A stretch of 64,000 nucleotides of DNA from Candidatus Omnitrophota bacterium (GTDB lineage: Bacteria; Omnitrophota; Gorgyraeia; JABMRG01; JAFGKX01). The stretch lies in NCBI GenBank assembly GCA_043797125.1, contig JAZDPX010000045.1:72338-136337 (forward strand). The letters are read 5' to 3'. Every line of letters begins with the position of its first letter. Position 1 is the stretch's first letter. The notes under the pieces are model-generated. The model was given only the letters and a program-made list of their open reading frames with translations. It searched no databases and was not told the origin of the DNA. Shown one piece after another: positions 26,905-39,180 of this stretch. Made by a program: the position numbers and the translations under genes.

Positions 26905-29334
26905 TTACTCTTCTTCTGCAAAGACGCTGGCGACCGCAGAGACGGTGTCGTTTCCTTTAAGCGATATTGCCCTTACTCCTTGCGTGGAGCGGCCTGTTGT
27001 TCTTATGTCTTTTACGGGGGTGCGCACTATCATGCCTTGCTGCGTAATTATCATAATTTCGTCGCCGTCTTTTACGCTTTTAATCGCGACAACAGGGCCG
27101 TTTTTAGCGGAAATTTTTAAATTTATAATGCCTTTGCCGCCCCTGCTTTGTGTCCTGTATTCTGAAAGCTCGCTTCTTTTCCCGAAGCCTTTTTTGGTCA
27201 CTGTCAGAAGGGTCGCGTCTGTTCTTACAACCTCCATGCCCACAACAGAATCCTTTGGCCCCAGCTTAATACCTCTTACTCCCCGCGCCGCCCTGCCCAT
27301 TTCTCTTATGTTTGTTTCTTTAAAGCGCAGGCTTTTGCCTGCCTCGGAAGCAAGAACAACTTCTTCTTTGCCGTCCGTTAAAAGCACGCGCTCCAGGATA
27401 TCGTCCTTGTCAAGGCCAATAGCTATTATACCTGCCTTGCGCGGGTTAGCAAACACTGACAGGTTCACCCTTTTCACGTTGCCCTTTTTTGTGACCATCA
27501 TAAGAAAGCGCTTGTCATCGAATTCCTTTACCGGCACAAACGTTGTTATGTTTTCTCCCTTTTCAAGCTGCACAAGATTCACTATCGCCTTGCCCCTTGT
27601 TGTTCTGCCTGCCTGCGGTATCTCGTGGACCTTAAGCCAATACGCCTTGCCTTTGTCCGTAAAAAATAATATGTATTCATGCGTTGACGCTATAAACAGG
27701 TGCTCTATAAAATCTTCGTCCTTTAGCGCCGCTCCAGCTATACCCTTGCCGCCCCTGTTTTGTTTTCTGTATGAGCTGACAGGCAGCCTTTTTATATATC
27801 CGGAGTGGCTTATTGTAATCACAACGTCCTCTTCCTTGATCAGATCTTCTATCTCAAGGTCTTCCGGCGCTGCGACAATATCTGTCCTTCTTTCGTCCGC
27901 GTATTTTTCTTTAATCGCGAGGATTTCTTCTCTTATAATAGCCAGCACCTTTTTCTCGCTCTTTAAAATAGACTGGTAATATTCTATCTTTTTGATAAGT
28001 TCAAGATACTCCGCCTCTATCTTGGAGCGCTCCAGTGCGGTAAGCCGCTGTAACTGCATCTCCAATATTGCCTGCGCCTGCTTATCGGACAAATCAAAGT
28101 TTTCCATCAGGGCAATTTTTGCCTCCGGCGTGCTTTTCGAGGCCCTGATTGTTTTAATAATTTTCTCTATGTGGTCAAGCGCGATTTTTAAGCCTTCAAG
28201 TATGTGCGCCCTTGCCTGCGCTTTTGCCAATTCAAATTTTGTTCGTCTTGTTACCACTTCTTTTCTGTGGTCGATGTAAACATCTATTGCCTGGCGAAGG
28301 TTCAGCATTTTGGGCTGGTTTTTAACTAAGGCCAGCATAATAACGCCAAAGGTTTCCGCAAGCTGTGTGTGTTTGTAAAGCTGGTTCAGTATAAGCTGCG
28401 CCGGGTAGTCGCGTTTTATGTCCACCACTATGCGCATGCCGTCTTTGTCGGATTCGTCTCTTACGTCTGAAATGCCTTCTACTTTTTTCTCTTCTGCAAG
28501 CTCTGCTATGGCTGCGATGATGTTCGCTTTGTTGGTCTGGTATGGGATCTCTGTTACTATTATGGATTCCTTACCGCCTTTTTGCGTCTCAATATTCGCC
28601 TTGGCGTGCAATTTAAGCGAACCCCTTCCCGTAAGGTATGCGTCCTTTATCCCGTCTCTGCCGCATATCAGTGCGCCTGTCGGGAAATCCGGGCCTTTGA
28701 TAATTTTCATAAGGTCCTTTATTTCAACGCCGGGTTCGTCAATAACCTTTACAACGCCGTCAACAACCTCGCCCAAGTTGTGCGGCGGGACGTTTGTGGC
28801 CATGCCCACAGCAATGCCGCTTGAGCCGTTTATTAAAAGGTTGGGAAGCACAGAGGGAAGAACTGTCGGTTCCTGCATGGTATCGTCAAAGTTGGGCACA
28901 AAATCTACGGTCTCTTTGTCTATGTCCTGCAAGGTTTCTTCGGCAATAGCCGCCATGCGCGCCTCTGTATATCTCATGGCCGCCGGCGAGTCTCCGTCGA
29001 CCGATCCAAAATTCCCCTGTCCGTCAACTAACGGATATCGCAGCGAGAAATCCTGCACCATCCTTACAAGCGCGTCATAAACCGACATATCTCCGTGCGG
29101 GTGGTAGCGGCCGAGGCAGTCTCCGACTATTCTCGCGCACTTTTTGTAGGGCTTGCTGTGCTGCAGAGACAAATCATTCATTGTAAATAAAATGCGCCTG
29201 TGTACGGGTTTTAGCCCGTCGCGGGCATCCGGCAAAGCCCTGCCCACAATAACGCTCATCGCGTATGTAATATAAGAATCTTTTATTTCCTCTTCAATCC
29301 GCCTTGGTTCTATGCGTTCGTTTTTTGTGTACAT
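26905..29334 (-). CDS. gyrA: DNA gyrase subunit A
   Basis: 809-aa ORF with canonical GyrA N-terminus (ITYAMSVIVGRALPDARDGLKPVHRR) and C-terminal beta-pinwheel repeats. Lies downstream of gyrB. Confidence 0.95.
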   Translation of the reverse strand: MYTKNERIEPRRIEEEIKDSYITYAMSVIVGRALPDARDGLKPVHRRILFTMNDLSLQHSKPYKKCARIVGDCLGRYHPHGDMSVYDALVRMVQDFSLRYPLVDGQGNFGSVDGDSPAAMRYTEARMAAIAEETLQDIDKETVDFVPNFDDTMQEPTVLPSVLPNLLINGSSGIAVGMATNVPPHNLGEVVDGVVKVIDEPGVEIKDLMKIIKGPDFPTGALICGRDGIKDAYLTGRGSLKLHAKANIETQKGGKESIIVTEIPYQTNKANIIAAIAELAEEKKVEGISDVRDESDKDGMRIVVDIKRDYPAQLILNQLYKHTQLAETFGVIMLALVKNQPKMLNLRQAIDVYIDHRKEVVTRRTKFELAKAQARAHILEGLKIALDHIEKIIKTIRASKSTPEAKIALMENFDLSDKQAQAILEMQLQRLTALERSKIEAEYLELIKKIEYYQSILKSEKKVLAIIREEILAIKEKYADERRTDIVAAPEDLEIEDLIKEEDVVITISHSGYIKRLPVSSYRKQNRGGKGIAGAALKDEDFIEHLFIASTHEYILFFTDKGKAYWLKVHEIPQAGRTTRGKAIVNLVQLEKGENITTFVPVKEFDDKRFLMMVTKKGNVKRVNLSVFANPRKAGIIAIGLDKDDILERVLLTDGKEEVVLASEAGKSLRFKETNIREMGRAARGVRGIKLGPKDSVVGMEVVRTDATLLTVTKKGFGKRSELSEYRTQSRGGKGIINLKISAKNGPVVAIKSVKDGDEIMIITQQGMIVRTPVKDIRTTGRSTQGVRAISLKGNDTVSAVASVFAEEE

Positions 29335-29353
29335 TTTCTATGCATCCTGTCTT

Positions 29354-31930
<2,577 letters not shown>

Positions 31931-31957
31931 TTATCCTTTAACCTTACGCTTTACACT

Positions 31958-32272
31958 TTACGCTTTTTCTACTTCCCCGGCCCTGAACCGTATTTTTTTA
32001 ATCTTGTCGCTTTTTAATAGCGCTGCCATGTTTTTGATCAGCTCGCTTTCTTTTGTGCGCAGTTGGTATATCCACATTGTGCTGTCCACATTTATCACAA
32101 GGTCGTTGTTTCTTATAAGCGCTGGGCTGCTATGTTTTGCCGCCTGCTCACCTGCGGCCTTGCGCCAGGCGTCATATATGTCATATTTGCCGGTGTTCGC
32201 TGTCTTGTCTATGCCGCCTATCACTTCCTTTACAGCGTCACTTATATGCGATGGTTTCTTATACTGCCTCAT
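31958..32272 (-). CDS. DUF721 / DciA-like small protein
   Basis: 104-aa ORF between dnaN and gyrB. Pattern W..A.G...A.H..P......L.V.V.S..W..EL matches DUF721 proteins typically found at this locus. Confidence 0.55.
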   Translation of the reverse strand: MRQYKKPSHISDAVKEVIGGIDKTANTGKYDIYDAWRKAAGEQAAKHSSPALIRNNDLVINVDSTMWIYQLRTKESELIKNMAALLKSDKIKKIRFRAGEVEKA

Positions 32273-32276
32273 GTCT

Positions 32277-33374
32277 TCATGCTATCTGCATAGGCAAAAC
32301 AACGTACAAATAATCCTCTTGGTCTTTTACCATGGCCGGCTTTTCCGCTCCCTGGAACTCTATGTTAAGCTCGTCCTGCTTTATGTTCTTTAGCCCCTCT
32401 AAAAGGTAGGTCGGGTTAAACCCTATGAAAAATTCTGCCCCCACATAACTACACCCCAGCTCTTCTTTTGCTTCGCCTATGTTTGGTGCAATCTTCGAGA
32501 CAACAACCTTGTCCTTAAAAACATCCAGCCTGATGGCCTGGGAATCCGGGGTGGTTAACAGCGCGGCCCTTTTTATGGCCAGCAAAAACTTTTCTTTCTC
32601 TATCGTTAATATGTCTTTATATTGCTTTGGTATTGCCTGCTCGTAGTTTGGAAACTCGCCCTCTATCAGCCTTGATATTATCCTTGTTTCGTTAATATTA
32701 AACATGGCCTGGTTTTCGTCGAAAGAAATGGTTGCTTGGCCCTCTGTTCCCAACATTTTGCTTATCTCTTGTATTGTTTTTGACGGCACAACCACTTTTA
32801 TGTTCAGGCCCTTTGGCAGCGGTGTTTGTTTTTTAATAATTGCCAGCCTTCTTCCGTCTGTGGCAACCATGGTTGTTGTGTCGTTGTTCAATATAAACAG
32901 TATTCCGTTTAAAATATACCTTGTTTCGTCGCGGCTGGTCGCAAACACCGTTCTTGCCAACATCTCTTTTAGGGTGTTTTGTGGGATTGTGAGTTTGTTT
33001 TTGTTTGTGTGTGTTGGTAGTTTAGGAAACTCTTCTTTTGGTATCCCGATTATTTTAAAAAATGTGTTTTTGCACTCTATATTAATTGTGTTGTTCTTTT
33101 TTGTTGTAATTTTTACCTCGTCTTCGGGCAGCTCTTTTATAATGTCTGTGAATTTCTTTGCCGGTATTGTAATGGCGCCGTCCTCTATTACCTCTGTTTT
33201 TATTGCCTCTGTGATGCCTATGTCAAGGTCTGTGGCGATTAATTCCAAAAACCCACCTTCTTTTGTTTGTATTAATATGTTTGATAGTATTGGTAGTGTG
33301 TTTTTTTGTGTTACCACTCCAATCACCCGTTGCAATCCCCCAAGCAAATCTTGCTTATTCACTTTTATTATCAT
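32277..33374 (-). CDS. dnaN: DNA polymerase III beta sliding clamp
   Basis: 365-aa ORF with typical three-domain beta-clamp sequence. Lies immediately downstream of dnaA. Confidence 0.9.
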   Translation of the reverse strand: MIIKVNKQDLLGGLQRVIGVVTQKNTLPILSNILIQTKEGGFLELIATDLDIGITEAIKTEVIEDGAITIPAKKFTDIIKELPEDEVKITTKKNNTINIECKNTFFKIIGIPKEEFPKLPTHTNKNKLTIPQNTLKEMLARTVFATSRDETRYILNGILFILNNDTTTMVATDGRRLAIIKKQTPLPKGLNIKVVVPSKTIQEISKMLGTEGQATISFDENQAMFNINETRIISRLIEGEFPNYEQAIPKQYKDILTIEKEKFLLAIKRAALLTTPDSQAIRLDVFKDKVVVSKIAPNIGEAKEELGCSYVGAEFFIGFNPTYLLEGLKNIKQDELNIEFQGAEKPAMVKDQEDYLYVVLPMQIA

Positions 33375-33460
33375 GTCATCTCCCCTACTATTAAGTTATA
33401 TATAATATAAATCTAGTAGTACTATTAATAAAGCGTGTGTATATGTGGATATCTTGGTAA

Positions 33461-34810
33461 CTATTTGTTGTTTTTAATGTTATACACAATTTTATCTATG
33501 GATTCTTTTATGTTTTTGTTGTTTATGACCTCTTTTTTTATTTTTTCGTGCGCGTGCAGTATTGTGGTGTGGTCTTTTCCGCCAAACAGGTTTCCTATCT
33601 CTGGGAACGAGTTATCGGTCAGCTCTCTAGATAAATACATGGCGACCTGGCGCGGAAGCGCGACGCTTTTTGTTCTTCTTTTACTTTTTATCTCCGCCAC
33701 GCTTATATTAAAATACTCAGACACAGCCTTTTGTATGGATTTAATAGATATTTCCTTGTTTTCTTCTGCCGCAACCTCTTTTAAAACCTCCTTGGTCATA
33801 TCCAGATCTATGGTTTTGCCTATCAAAGAAGAAAACGCGACAACCCTTATTAGGGCCCCCTCCAATTCTCGTATGTTTGTCTTAACTTTTTCCGCAACAT
33901 AAACAACAACGTCGTCAGGCACGCTTATAATCTCTTTTTCGGATTTTTTCTTTAAAATAGCCACCCTTGTTTCAAAGTCAGGCGCCTGTATATCCGTAAC
34001 AAGGCCCCACTCAAAACGCGAAACCAGCCTTTTTTCCAAAGAAAGGATCTCTTTGGGTGGGCGGTCGCTCGACACAACAATTTGTTTGTGCGCATCGTAC
34101 AGGGTGTTGAATGTGTGAAAAAACTCTTCCTGGGTGGCTTCCTTGCCGGCAATAAAGTGTATATCGTCTATTAAGAGAACATCCTGCTCGCGGTATTGTT
34201 CGCGGAATTTTAACATGGTCCTGTTTTGCAGCGCGCTAATCAGCTGGTTTGTGAATTTTTCGCTGGATATGTATGTAACCTTAAGCCGGGGGAGATTTTT
34301 AATTATATGTTGTCCAATTGCCTGCATAAGGTGGGTTTTTCCAAGCCCTACCCCGCCGTAAATAAACAACGGGTTATATGACTTTGCCGGCGATTCTGCC
34401 ACAGCCATAGACGCGGCATGCGCAAAGCGGTTGCTAGGCCCAACCACAAACTCCTCAAAGGAATACCTGGCGTTAAAACGCACTCCTGGCTGGATAAGGC
34501 GCTCAAAAGGCTTGGTAAAAAAACCAAGGCCCCTTTTCTCCTTTTGTTTTGCGTCGTCACTAACAGCGCCCCCCTTAGCAATGGTTATCTCGAAGTCAAG
34601 GGGCCCGCCGGCCGCACTCGTTACGGCCTTTTTAATGACCTCGCTATAATGCTCAGAAAGCCATGTTTTAAAAAACGCGTTGGGCGCCTCAATAATAAGC
34701 CTCCCGTCCGCAAGAGAAACCTGCTTTATGGGCAAAAACCACGTTTCATAGCCCTGCGGGCTTACTTCCTGCTTTATCTGCTTTAAGGCGCCGTCCCAAA
34801 GGTTTTCCAC
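33461..34810 (-). CDS. dnaA: chromosomal replication initiator DnaA
   Basis: 449-aa ORF with Walker A (GGVGLGKTHL), AAA+ sensor motifs and a C-terminal DnaA-box-binding HTH domain. Confidence 0.95.
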   Translation of the reverse strand: MENLWDGALKQIKQEVSPQGYETWFLPIKQVSLADGRLIIEAPNAFFKTWLSEHYSEVIKKAVTSAAGGPLDFEITIAKGGAVSDDAKQKEKRGLGFFTKPFERLIQPGVRFNARYSFEEFVVGPSNRFAHAASMAVAESPAKSYNPLFIYGGVGLGKTHLMQAIGQHIIKNLPRLKVTYISSEKFTNQLISALQNRTMLKFREQYREQDVLLIDDIHFIAGKEATQEEFFHTFNTLYDAHKQIVVSSDRPPKEILSLEKRLVSRFEWGLVTDIQAPDFETRVAILKKKSEKEIISVPDDVVVYVAEKVKTNIRELEGALIRVVAFSSLIGKTIDLDMTKEVLKEVAAEENKEISIKSIQKAVSEYFNISVAEIKSKRRTKSVALPRQVAMYLSRELTDNSFPEIGNLFGGKDHTTILHAHEKIKKEVINNKNIKESIDKIVYNIKNNK

Positions 34811-35012
34811 TTACACACCCCTTTTTAGCTATTCACAACTTATCCACAGCAATATTTAAGCGCGCGGACACGCGTAATTAACGCGGGGCATATTATAACA
34901 GAACAAAAATTCTTTTTCAAGCAAAATTTTCCGACGGAAAAATTAAAAATTTTTCCTTGACTGGGGAGTTTTATGTGTTATACTCGTATAACCGCACAAC
35001 AAAGGGTGTAAA
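34811..35012. promoter_or_regulatory. candidate oriC / dnaA promoter region with a perfect DnaA box TTATCCACA (34841-34849), a near-match CTATTCACA, and an AT-rich DUE-like tract
   Basis: Lies between divergent dnaA and rpmH. Sequence aaaattctttttcaagcaaaattttccgacggaaaaattaaaaattttt follows the boxes. Confidence 0.5.
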
Positions 35013-35150
35013 ATGAAAAAAAATCTAACATTAAAATCTAACCGGAAAAGAAAATATAAACACGGGTTCAGAAGAAGAATGTCCACCAAAACAGGAAGGC
35101 GTGTCCTGGCAAGGCGCAGACAAAAAGGGCGCAAAATCCTGTCTGTATAA
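35013..35150 (+). CDS. rpmH: 50S ribosomal protein L34
   Basis: Encodes [45 protein letters not shown], not listed in the provided track. Confidence 0.9.
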   Translation: MKKNLTLKSNRKRKYKHGFRRRMSTKTGRRVLARRRQKGRKILSV

Positions 35151-35182
35151 AACAAGCCCGCACAAACCCGCCGGCAAAACAG

Positions 35183-35392
35183 GTGAAAAATCTTTTAATC
35201 TGCGCAATAAAGTTTTATCGTTGTTGTCTGCGGACACACTTGGCCCCTGCGTGTAAATACCACCCGACGTGTTCCGAATACGCAATTGAAGCCATAAAAA
35301 CAAAAGGAGCCCTGCGGGGCTGTGCCATTGCAGCGTGGCGGCTTTTAAGATGCAATCCGTTTTCAAAAGGAGGCTATGATCCTGTAGGATAA
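35183..35392 (+). CDS. yidD: membrane protein insertion efficiency factor YidD
   Basis: 69-aa ORF with the conserved YHPTCSEYAIEAI...CNPF... core. Confidence 0.85.
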   Translation: MKNLLICAIKFYRCCLRTHLAPACKYHPTCSEYAIEAIKTKGALRGCAIAAWRLLRCNPFSKGGYDPVG

Positions 35393-35396
35393 AATT

Positions 35397-37013
35397 ATGG
35401 ATTCTCAAAGCAGGCTTTTAATAGCAGTAGCGCTTTCAGTGGCTGTGCTTGTTATTTACCAGGCAAAGCACCAGCCCGCTAACCGTATCACAACCGTATC
35501 ACAGCAGCAAAAGGCAGATACGGTTTCTGCTTCTGCAAACGAAACAATCGGCGGCTCAGACACACTAAAACAAGCAAGGCCCGGCACAACAGACTCGATT
35601 GAAAACCAAGCGCTCAAGATCGAGTTAACCAGCGACGGCGCCAGAATTAGGCAGATATGGCTAAAAAATTATAAAGACACAAAAACAAACGAACCAACGC
35701 AAATGCTTGACAGCAGGATTACAGACGCGTTGTTTACCGGGCCGCTATTGACAGAAGACATGTTTTTGCAGCAGGACAAGGCACAGCAGTGGGAAGTTGC
35801 AGAAAAAAGGACAGATTACATAAAATACACGTTTGGCGGGAGAGAAGGCGTTGTCGCTGCAAAAGAGATTTTTTTCCACAACACAAACTATGGCATAGCG
35901 TTACGGCTTAGCATCGCAAACAAGGCAGATATCTCCACCCCAGTAAAATATAAAATTTTGGGAGGTTCAGGTTTTTTAATTAAACAAGCAGGAGATGCAA
36001 ATTTTCTTGGCGCAGATATTAAAATCGGGCAGGATGCAATGAGGCTAAACCCGAGAAAATATCTTAATGATAAGCCTGCCATTTTTTATAATAGCCCGAC
36101 ATGGATATCAATGCGAGGCAGATATTTTTCATTGGCGCTCGAACCAAAACAGCAGGAGCAGGCGTGCTTTATTGAAAAGGAAGACGACAAACACGCGCGA
36201 ATGGGCATCGTTGTGGGCCCGACCACGCTTAAGCCAGGAGAAACGGTTACAAACGAATTTGTATTATATGCTGGTCCAAACGACACAGACCAGATAAAGA
36301 AGGTTTCTGCTAACATGGAAGATGTAATCACATATGGTAAGCTAACCCCAATCAGCATGATGCTGCTTAAGCTGTTACGGTTTTTTAATGGTGTTGTCAA
36401 TAATTATGGGTTGTCTATAATTATGCTGGTTGCGTTGACAAGCCTTGTGCTTTTCCCGCTGACAGGCAAAGGCCTAAGATCAATGAAGGAAATGCAGCAG
36501 CTGCAACCGGAAATAGAAGAGCTGAGAAAAGAGCATAAAAACAACCCCCAAAAACTGCAAAAGGAAATGATGGAGTTATATAAAAAGCACAAGATAAACC
36601 CGCTGGGGGGATGCCTGCCTATGTTTTTGCAGATGCCCGTGTTTATAGCCTTGTATCAGGTTTTAATGCGGTCTGTAGAGTTAAAAGGGGCAAGGTTTTT
36701 GTGGATTAAGGACCTATCAGAGCCGGACGCGGCTTTTAAGCTGCCGACAGCCATACCATTGCTGGGGCAATACATTAACATCTTGCCGCTATTAATGATC
36801 GGGGCTATGTTTTTGCAGCAGAAGATATCCCAGCCAAAAACAGGGCAAACAGAGCAACAAAAAATGATGGCTGTTATGATGCCGCTTATGTTTGGAATTA
36901 TGTTTTATAACCTGCCATCAGGCCTTGTGTTGTACTGGCTTACAAACACGGTTATAATGGTGTTTTTGCAGGAATTTGCATTAAAATCAACACCCTCGAC
37001 GAGCCACGCATAA
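35397..37013 (+). CDS. yidC: membrane protein insertase YidC
   Basis: 538-aa ORF with N-terminal TM, periplasmic domain and C-terminal 5-TM Oxa1 core (GGCLPMFLQMPVFIALY). Confidence 0.9.
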   Translation: MDSQSRLLIAVALSVAVLVIYQAKHQPANRITTVSQQQKADTVSASANETIGGSDTLKQARPGTTDSIENQALKIELTSDGARIRQIWLKNYKDTKTNEPTQMLDSRITDALFTGPLLTEDMFLQQDKAQQWEVAEKRTDYIKYTFGGREGVVAAKEIFFHNTNYGIALRLSIANKADISTPVKYKILGGSGFLIKQAGDANFLGADIKIGQDAMRLNPRKYLNDKPAIFYNSPTWISMRGRYFSLALEPKQQEQACFIEKEDDKHARMGIVVGPTTLKPGETVTNEFVLYAGPNDTDQIKKVSANMEDVITYGKLTPISMMLLKLLRFFNGVVNNYGLSIIMLVALTSLVLFPLTGKGLRSMKEMQQLQPEIEELRKEHKNNPQKLQKEMMELYKKHKINPLGGCLPMFLQMPVFIALYQVLMRSVELKGARFLWIKDLSEPDAAFKLPTAIPLLGQYINILPLLMIGAMFLQQKISQPKTGQTEQQKMMAVMMPLMFGIMFYNLPSGLVLYWLTNTVIMVFLQEFALKSTPSTSHA

Positions 37014-37041
37014 GCCAGTTTCACGAAACACGAACAAAAAT

Positions 37042-37248
37042 ATGAAGAAACACGAACAAGTTGAAACAGAAGCAAAAACAGTTGCGGAAGCCATAAAAAA
37101 GGCCCTCAAGATTTTAGGCGCAAGCAGGGATAGTGTTGACATTAAAATCCTGGCAGAGGGGGAAAGAGGGCTTTTTAATATGGAAGGTGCAAAGCCAGCC
37201 AGAATACGTGCCACGCTTAAAGACAAGCGCAGAAACAAACAAGATTAA
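37042..37248 (+). CDS. Jag/KhpB-like N-terminal domain protein (short, 68 aa; KH/R3H domains absent)
   Basis: Lies at the Jag position after yidC and has Jag_N-like sequence (TVAEAIKKALKILGASRDSVDIKILAEGERGLF). It is followed by a repeat-rich 224-nt spacer instead of KH/R3H coding sequence. Confidence 0.5.
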   Translation: MKKHEQVETEAKTVAEAIKKALKILGASRDSVDIKILAEGERGLFNMEGAKPARIRATLKDKRRNKQD

Positions 37249-37424
37249 TGCGCGTGTTAGAATACCAGAACATCAGAAAACCAGAGCGAGAACATCAGAA
37301 CATCAGAAGAACAGATAAATTCTAATAATCTGGTAATCTGATAATCCAGCTCCGATAATCTGATTATCAGATGCTCTATCTTCAGCATAAATACCATTAA
37401 GCACAAGGTGCACCTGTTGCAAAA

Positions 37425-37460
37425 TGTTCTTGACACTTAATCTTATATGTGTTAATTTAC
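37425..37460 (+). promoter_or_regulatory. putative sigma70 promoter for parAB (TTGACA...17 nt...TAATTT)
   Basis: ttgacacttaatcttatatgtgttaatttactatatat lies just upstream of the parA start. Confidence 0.4.
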
Positions 37461-37472
37461 TATATATATTAG

Positions 37473-38321
37473 ATGCGGCCTATGAAAATAATTTCAATAT
37501 GTAATCAAAAGGGCGGGGTTGGAAAAACAACTACCGCAATTAATCTTGCTGCATATTTAGCACAAGCCGGGTATAAGGTTCTGTTGATAGACTTAGATCC
37601 CCAGTCAAACACTACAAGTGGGTTGGGCATAACAAAAGAGAGCCTATCAAAGACAATATACAATGCGCTATTAGAACAAGCCTCGTTAGACGAAATAGTT
37701 ATTCCTACAAAAATCAACAACCTGTTTATCGCTCCATCCAACCTACAACTTACAGGAGCCCACGTCGAGTTAATAAACACAATTGGCAGAGAGTTTAAGC
37801 TTAAACAGTCCGTAGAACTAACGCAGAAACAATTTGACTATGTTTTTGTAGATTGCCCGCCGAGCCTAGGAATCCTGACTATAAACGCTTTGGTTGCGTC
37901 TAACAGCGCCCTGATACCGCTGCAGTGCGAATACTATGCAATGGAAGGATTAAGCCAGCTTCTTAGCACCATTGAGCTGGTAAGAAAAAATTTAAATCCC
38001 GGCCTGACAATAGAAGGTGTGTTGCTCACAATGGCAGATTATAGAACAAGGCTAACAACAGAAGTAATTGATGAGGCCAAGAAATTTTTGCAGGACAAGG
38101 TTTATACAGCCATAATCCCGCGGTCAATTAAACTTAGCGAAGCCCCGGGGTACGGGGAGCCTGCGATGACGTACGATAAAAGTTCACAGGGAGCGCTGTC
38201 ATACAAACAGCTGGCAGAGGAATTTATTTCTCGTAACCCTAACACCTACAAAGAGTTACAGCAAATTAATCTGCCAGAAACACAGCCGACAGCATCTGCT
38301 GTAGAAGCGCAAGGAGAATAA
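37473..38321 (+). CDS. parA: chromosome partitioning ATPase ParA/Soj
   Basis: Deviant Walker A motif KGGVGKTT. Alternative start at 37482. Confidence 0.9.
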   Translation: MRPMKIISICNQKGGVGKTTTAINLAAYLAQAGYKVLLIDLDPQSNTTSGLGITKESLSKTIYNALLEQASLDEIVIPTKINNLFIAPSNLQLTGAHVELINTIGREFKLKQSVELTQKQFDYVFVDCPPSLGILTINALVASNSALIPLQCEYYAMEGLSQLLSTIELVRKNLNPGLTIEGVLLTMADYRTRLTTEVIDEAKKFLQDKVYTAIIPRSIKLSEAPGYGEPAMTYDKSSQGALSYKQLAEEFISRNPNTYKELQQINLPETQPTASAVEAQGE

Positions 38322-38322
38322 A

Positions 38323-39162
38323 ATGGAAAAACGAAAAGCTTTAGGCAGAGGACTGCAAGCCCTAATTCCGGAAGCTGACACGAGACAGGAAGAAGCAATT
38401 TTATATCTTAACACAGCAGAGATATTGCCAAACAGATACCAGCCAAGGACAGATTTTAATCAGGAAAAACTGAACGAGTTAATGACATCCATAAAAGAAA
38501 AAGGCGTTGTGCAGCCGCTGCTTATAAGGCGCACAAGCGCGGGGTACGAGCTTATAGCGGGCGAAAGAAGGCTGCGCGCGCTGAAGGCCTTAGGCATAGA
38601 AAGGGCGCCGGCAATCTTGAAAGACGTCGACGATGTCGGAGCCATAGAGCTGGCGCTGATAGAAAACATACAAAGAGAAGGCTTAAACGCGGTCGAAGAA
38701 GCGCACGCCTATAAACAGCTAATAGACGAATTTCGTTTCACGCACGAAAGGCTAGCGCAGACAATAGGCAAGGACCGCACCACAATAACAAACACCCTGC
38801 GCCTTTTAAATTTGCCAACGCAGATACAGAGATATATTGCGGAAGGAAAAATAACCGCGGGCCACGCGCGGGCGATTTTAGCTGTCGGAGGACTGCAGCA
38901 ACAGCTTAACTTATGCGAGAAGATAATTAAGGGCGACCTGTCTGTGCGGGAAGCAGAATCATTAACAGGTCAAAAGCTAAAAAGACGGCCGGCGCAAGGC
39001 ACAACCAGAGATCCCCACACAATAGAGCAGGAAGAGATGCTGCAAAACGCCCTGGCAACAAAAGTAAGAATTCTGCAAGGCCCAAAAAGAGGCAGAATTA
39101 TAATAGAATATTATTCTACGGACGATCTGGAAAGAATAATCGGCAAAATAAAGAAAGCCTAA
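38323..39162 (+). CDS. parB: chromosome partitioning protein ParB/Spo0J
   Basis: ParB box (GERRLRA) and HTH. Translationally coupled to parA. Confidence 0.9.
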   Translation: MEKRKALGRGLQALIPEADTRQEEAILYLNTAEILPNRYQPRTDFNQEKLNELMTSIKEKGVVQPLLIRRTSAGYELIAGERRLRALKALGIERAPAILKDVDDVGAIELALIENIQREGLNAVEEAHAYKQLIDEFRFTHERLAQTIGKDRTTITNTLRLLNLPTQIQRYIAEGKITAGHARAILAVGGLQQQLNLCEKIIKGDLSVREAESLTGQKLKRRPAQGTTRDPHTIEQEEMLQNALATKVRILQGPKRGRIIIEYYSTDDLERIIGKIKKA

Positions 39163-39180
39163 CGCCGAAGATTAAAGGGG

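Noticed and set aside
26945-27979. 344-aa plus-strand ORF, plus 28418..29080 and 29511..31034 plus-strand ORFs
   Set aside because: Antisense to gyrA and gyrB, which have unmistakable homology on the minus strand; the plus-strand translations are serine/leucine-rich junk.
37133-37318. 61-aa plus-strand ORF overlapping the jag 3' end and the repeat-rich spacer
   Set aside because: Translation is dominated by the catcagaa DNA repeats (EHQKTRARTSEHQKNR), with no start context. It is a by-product of the tandem repeats.
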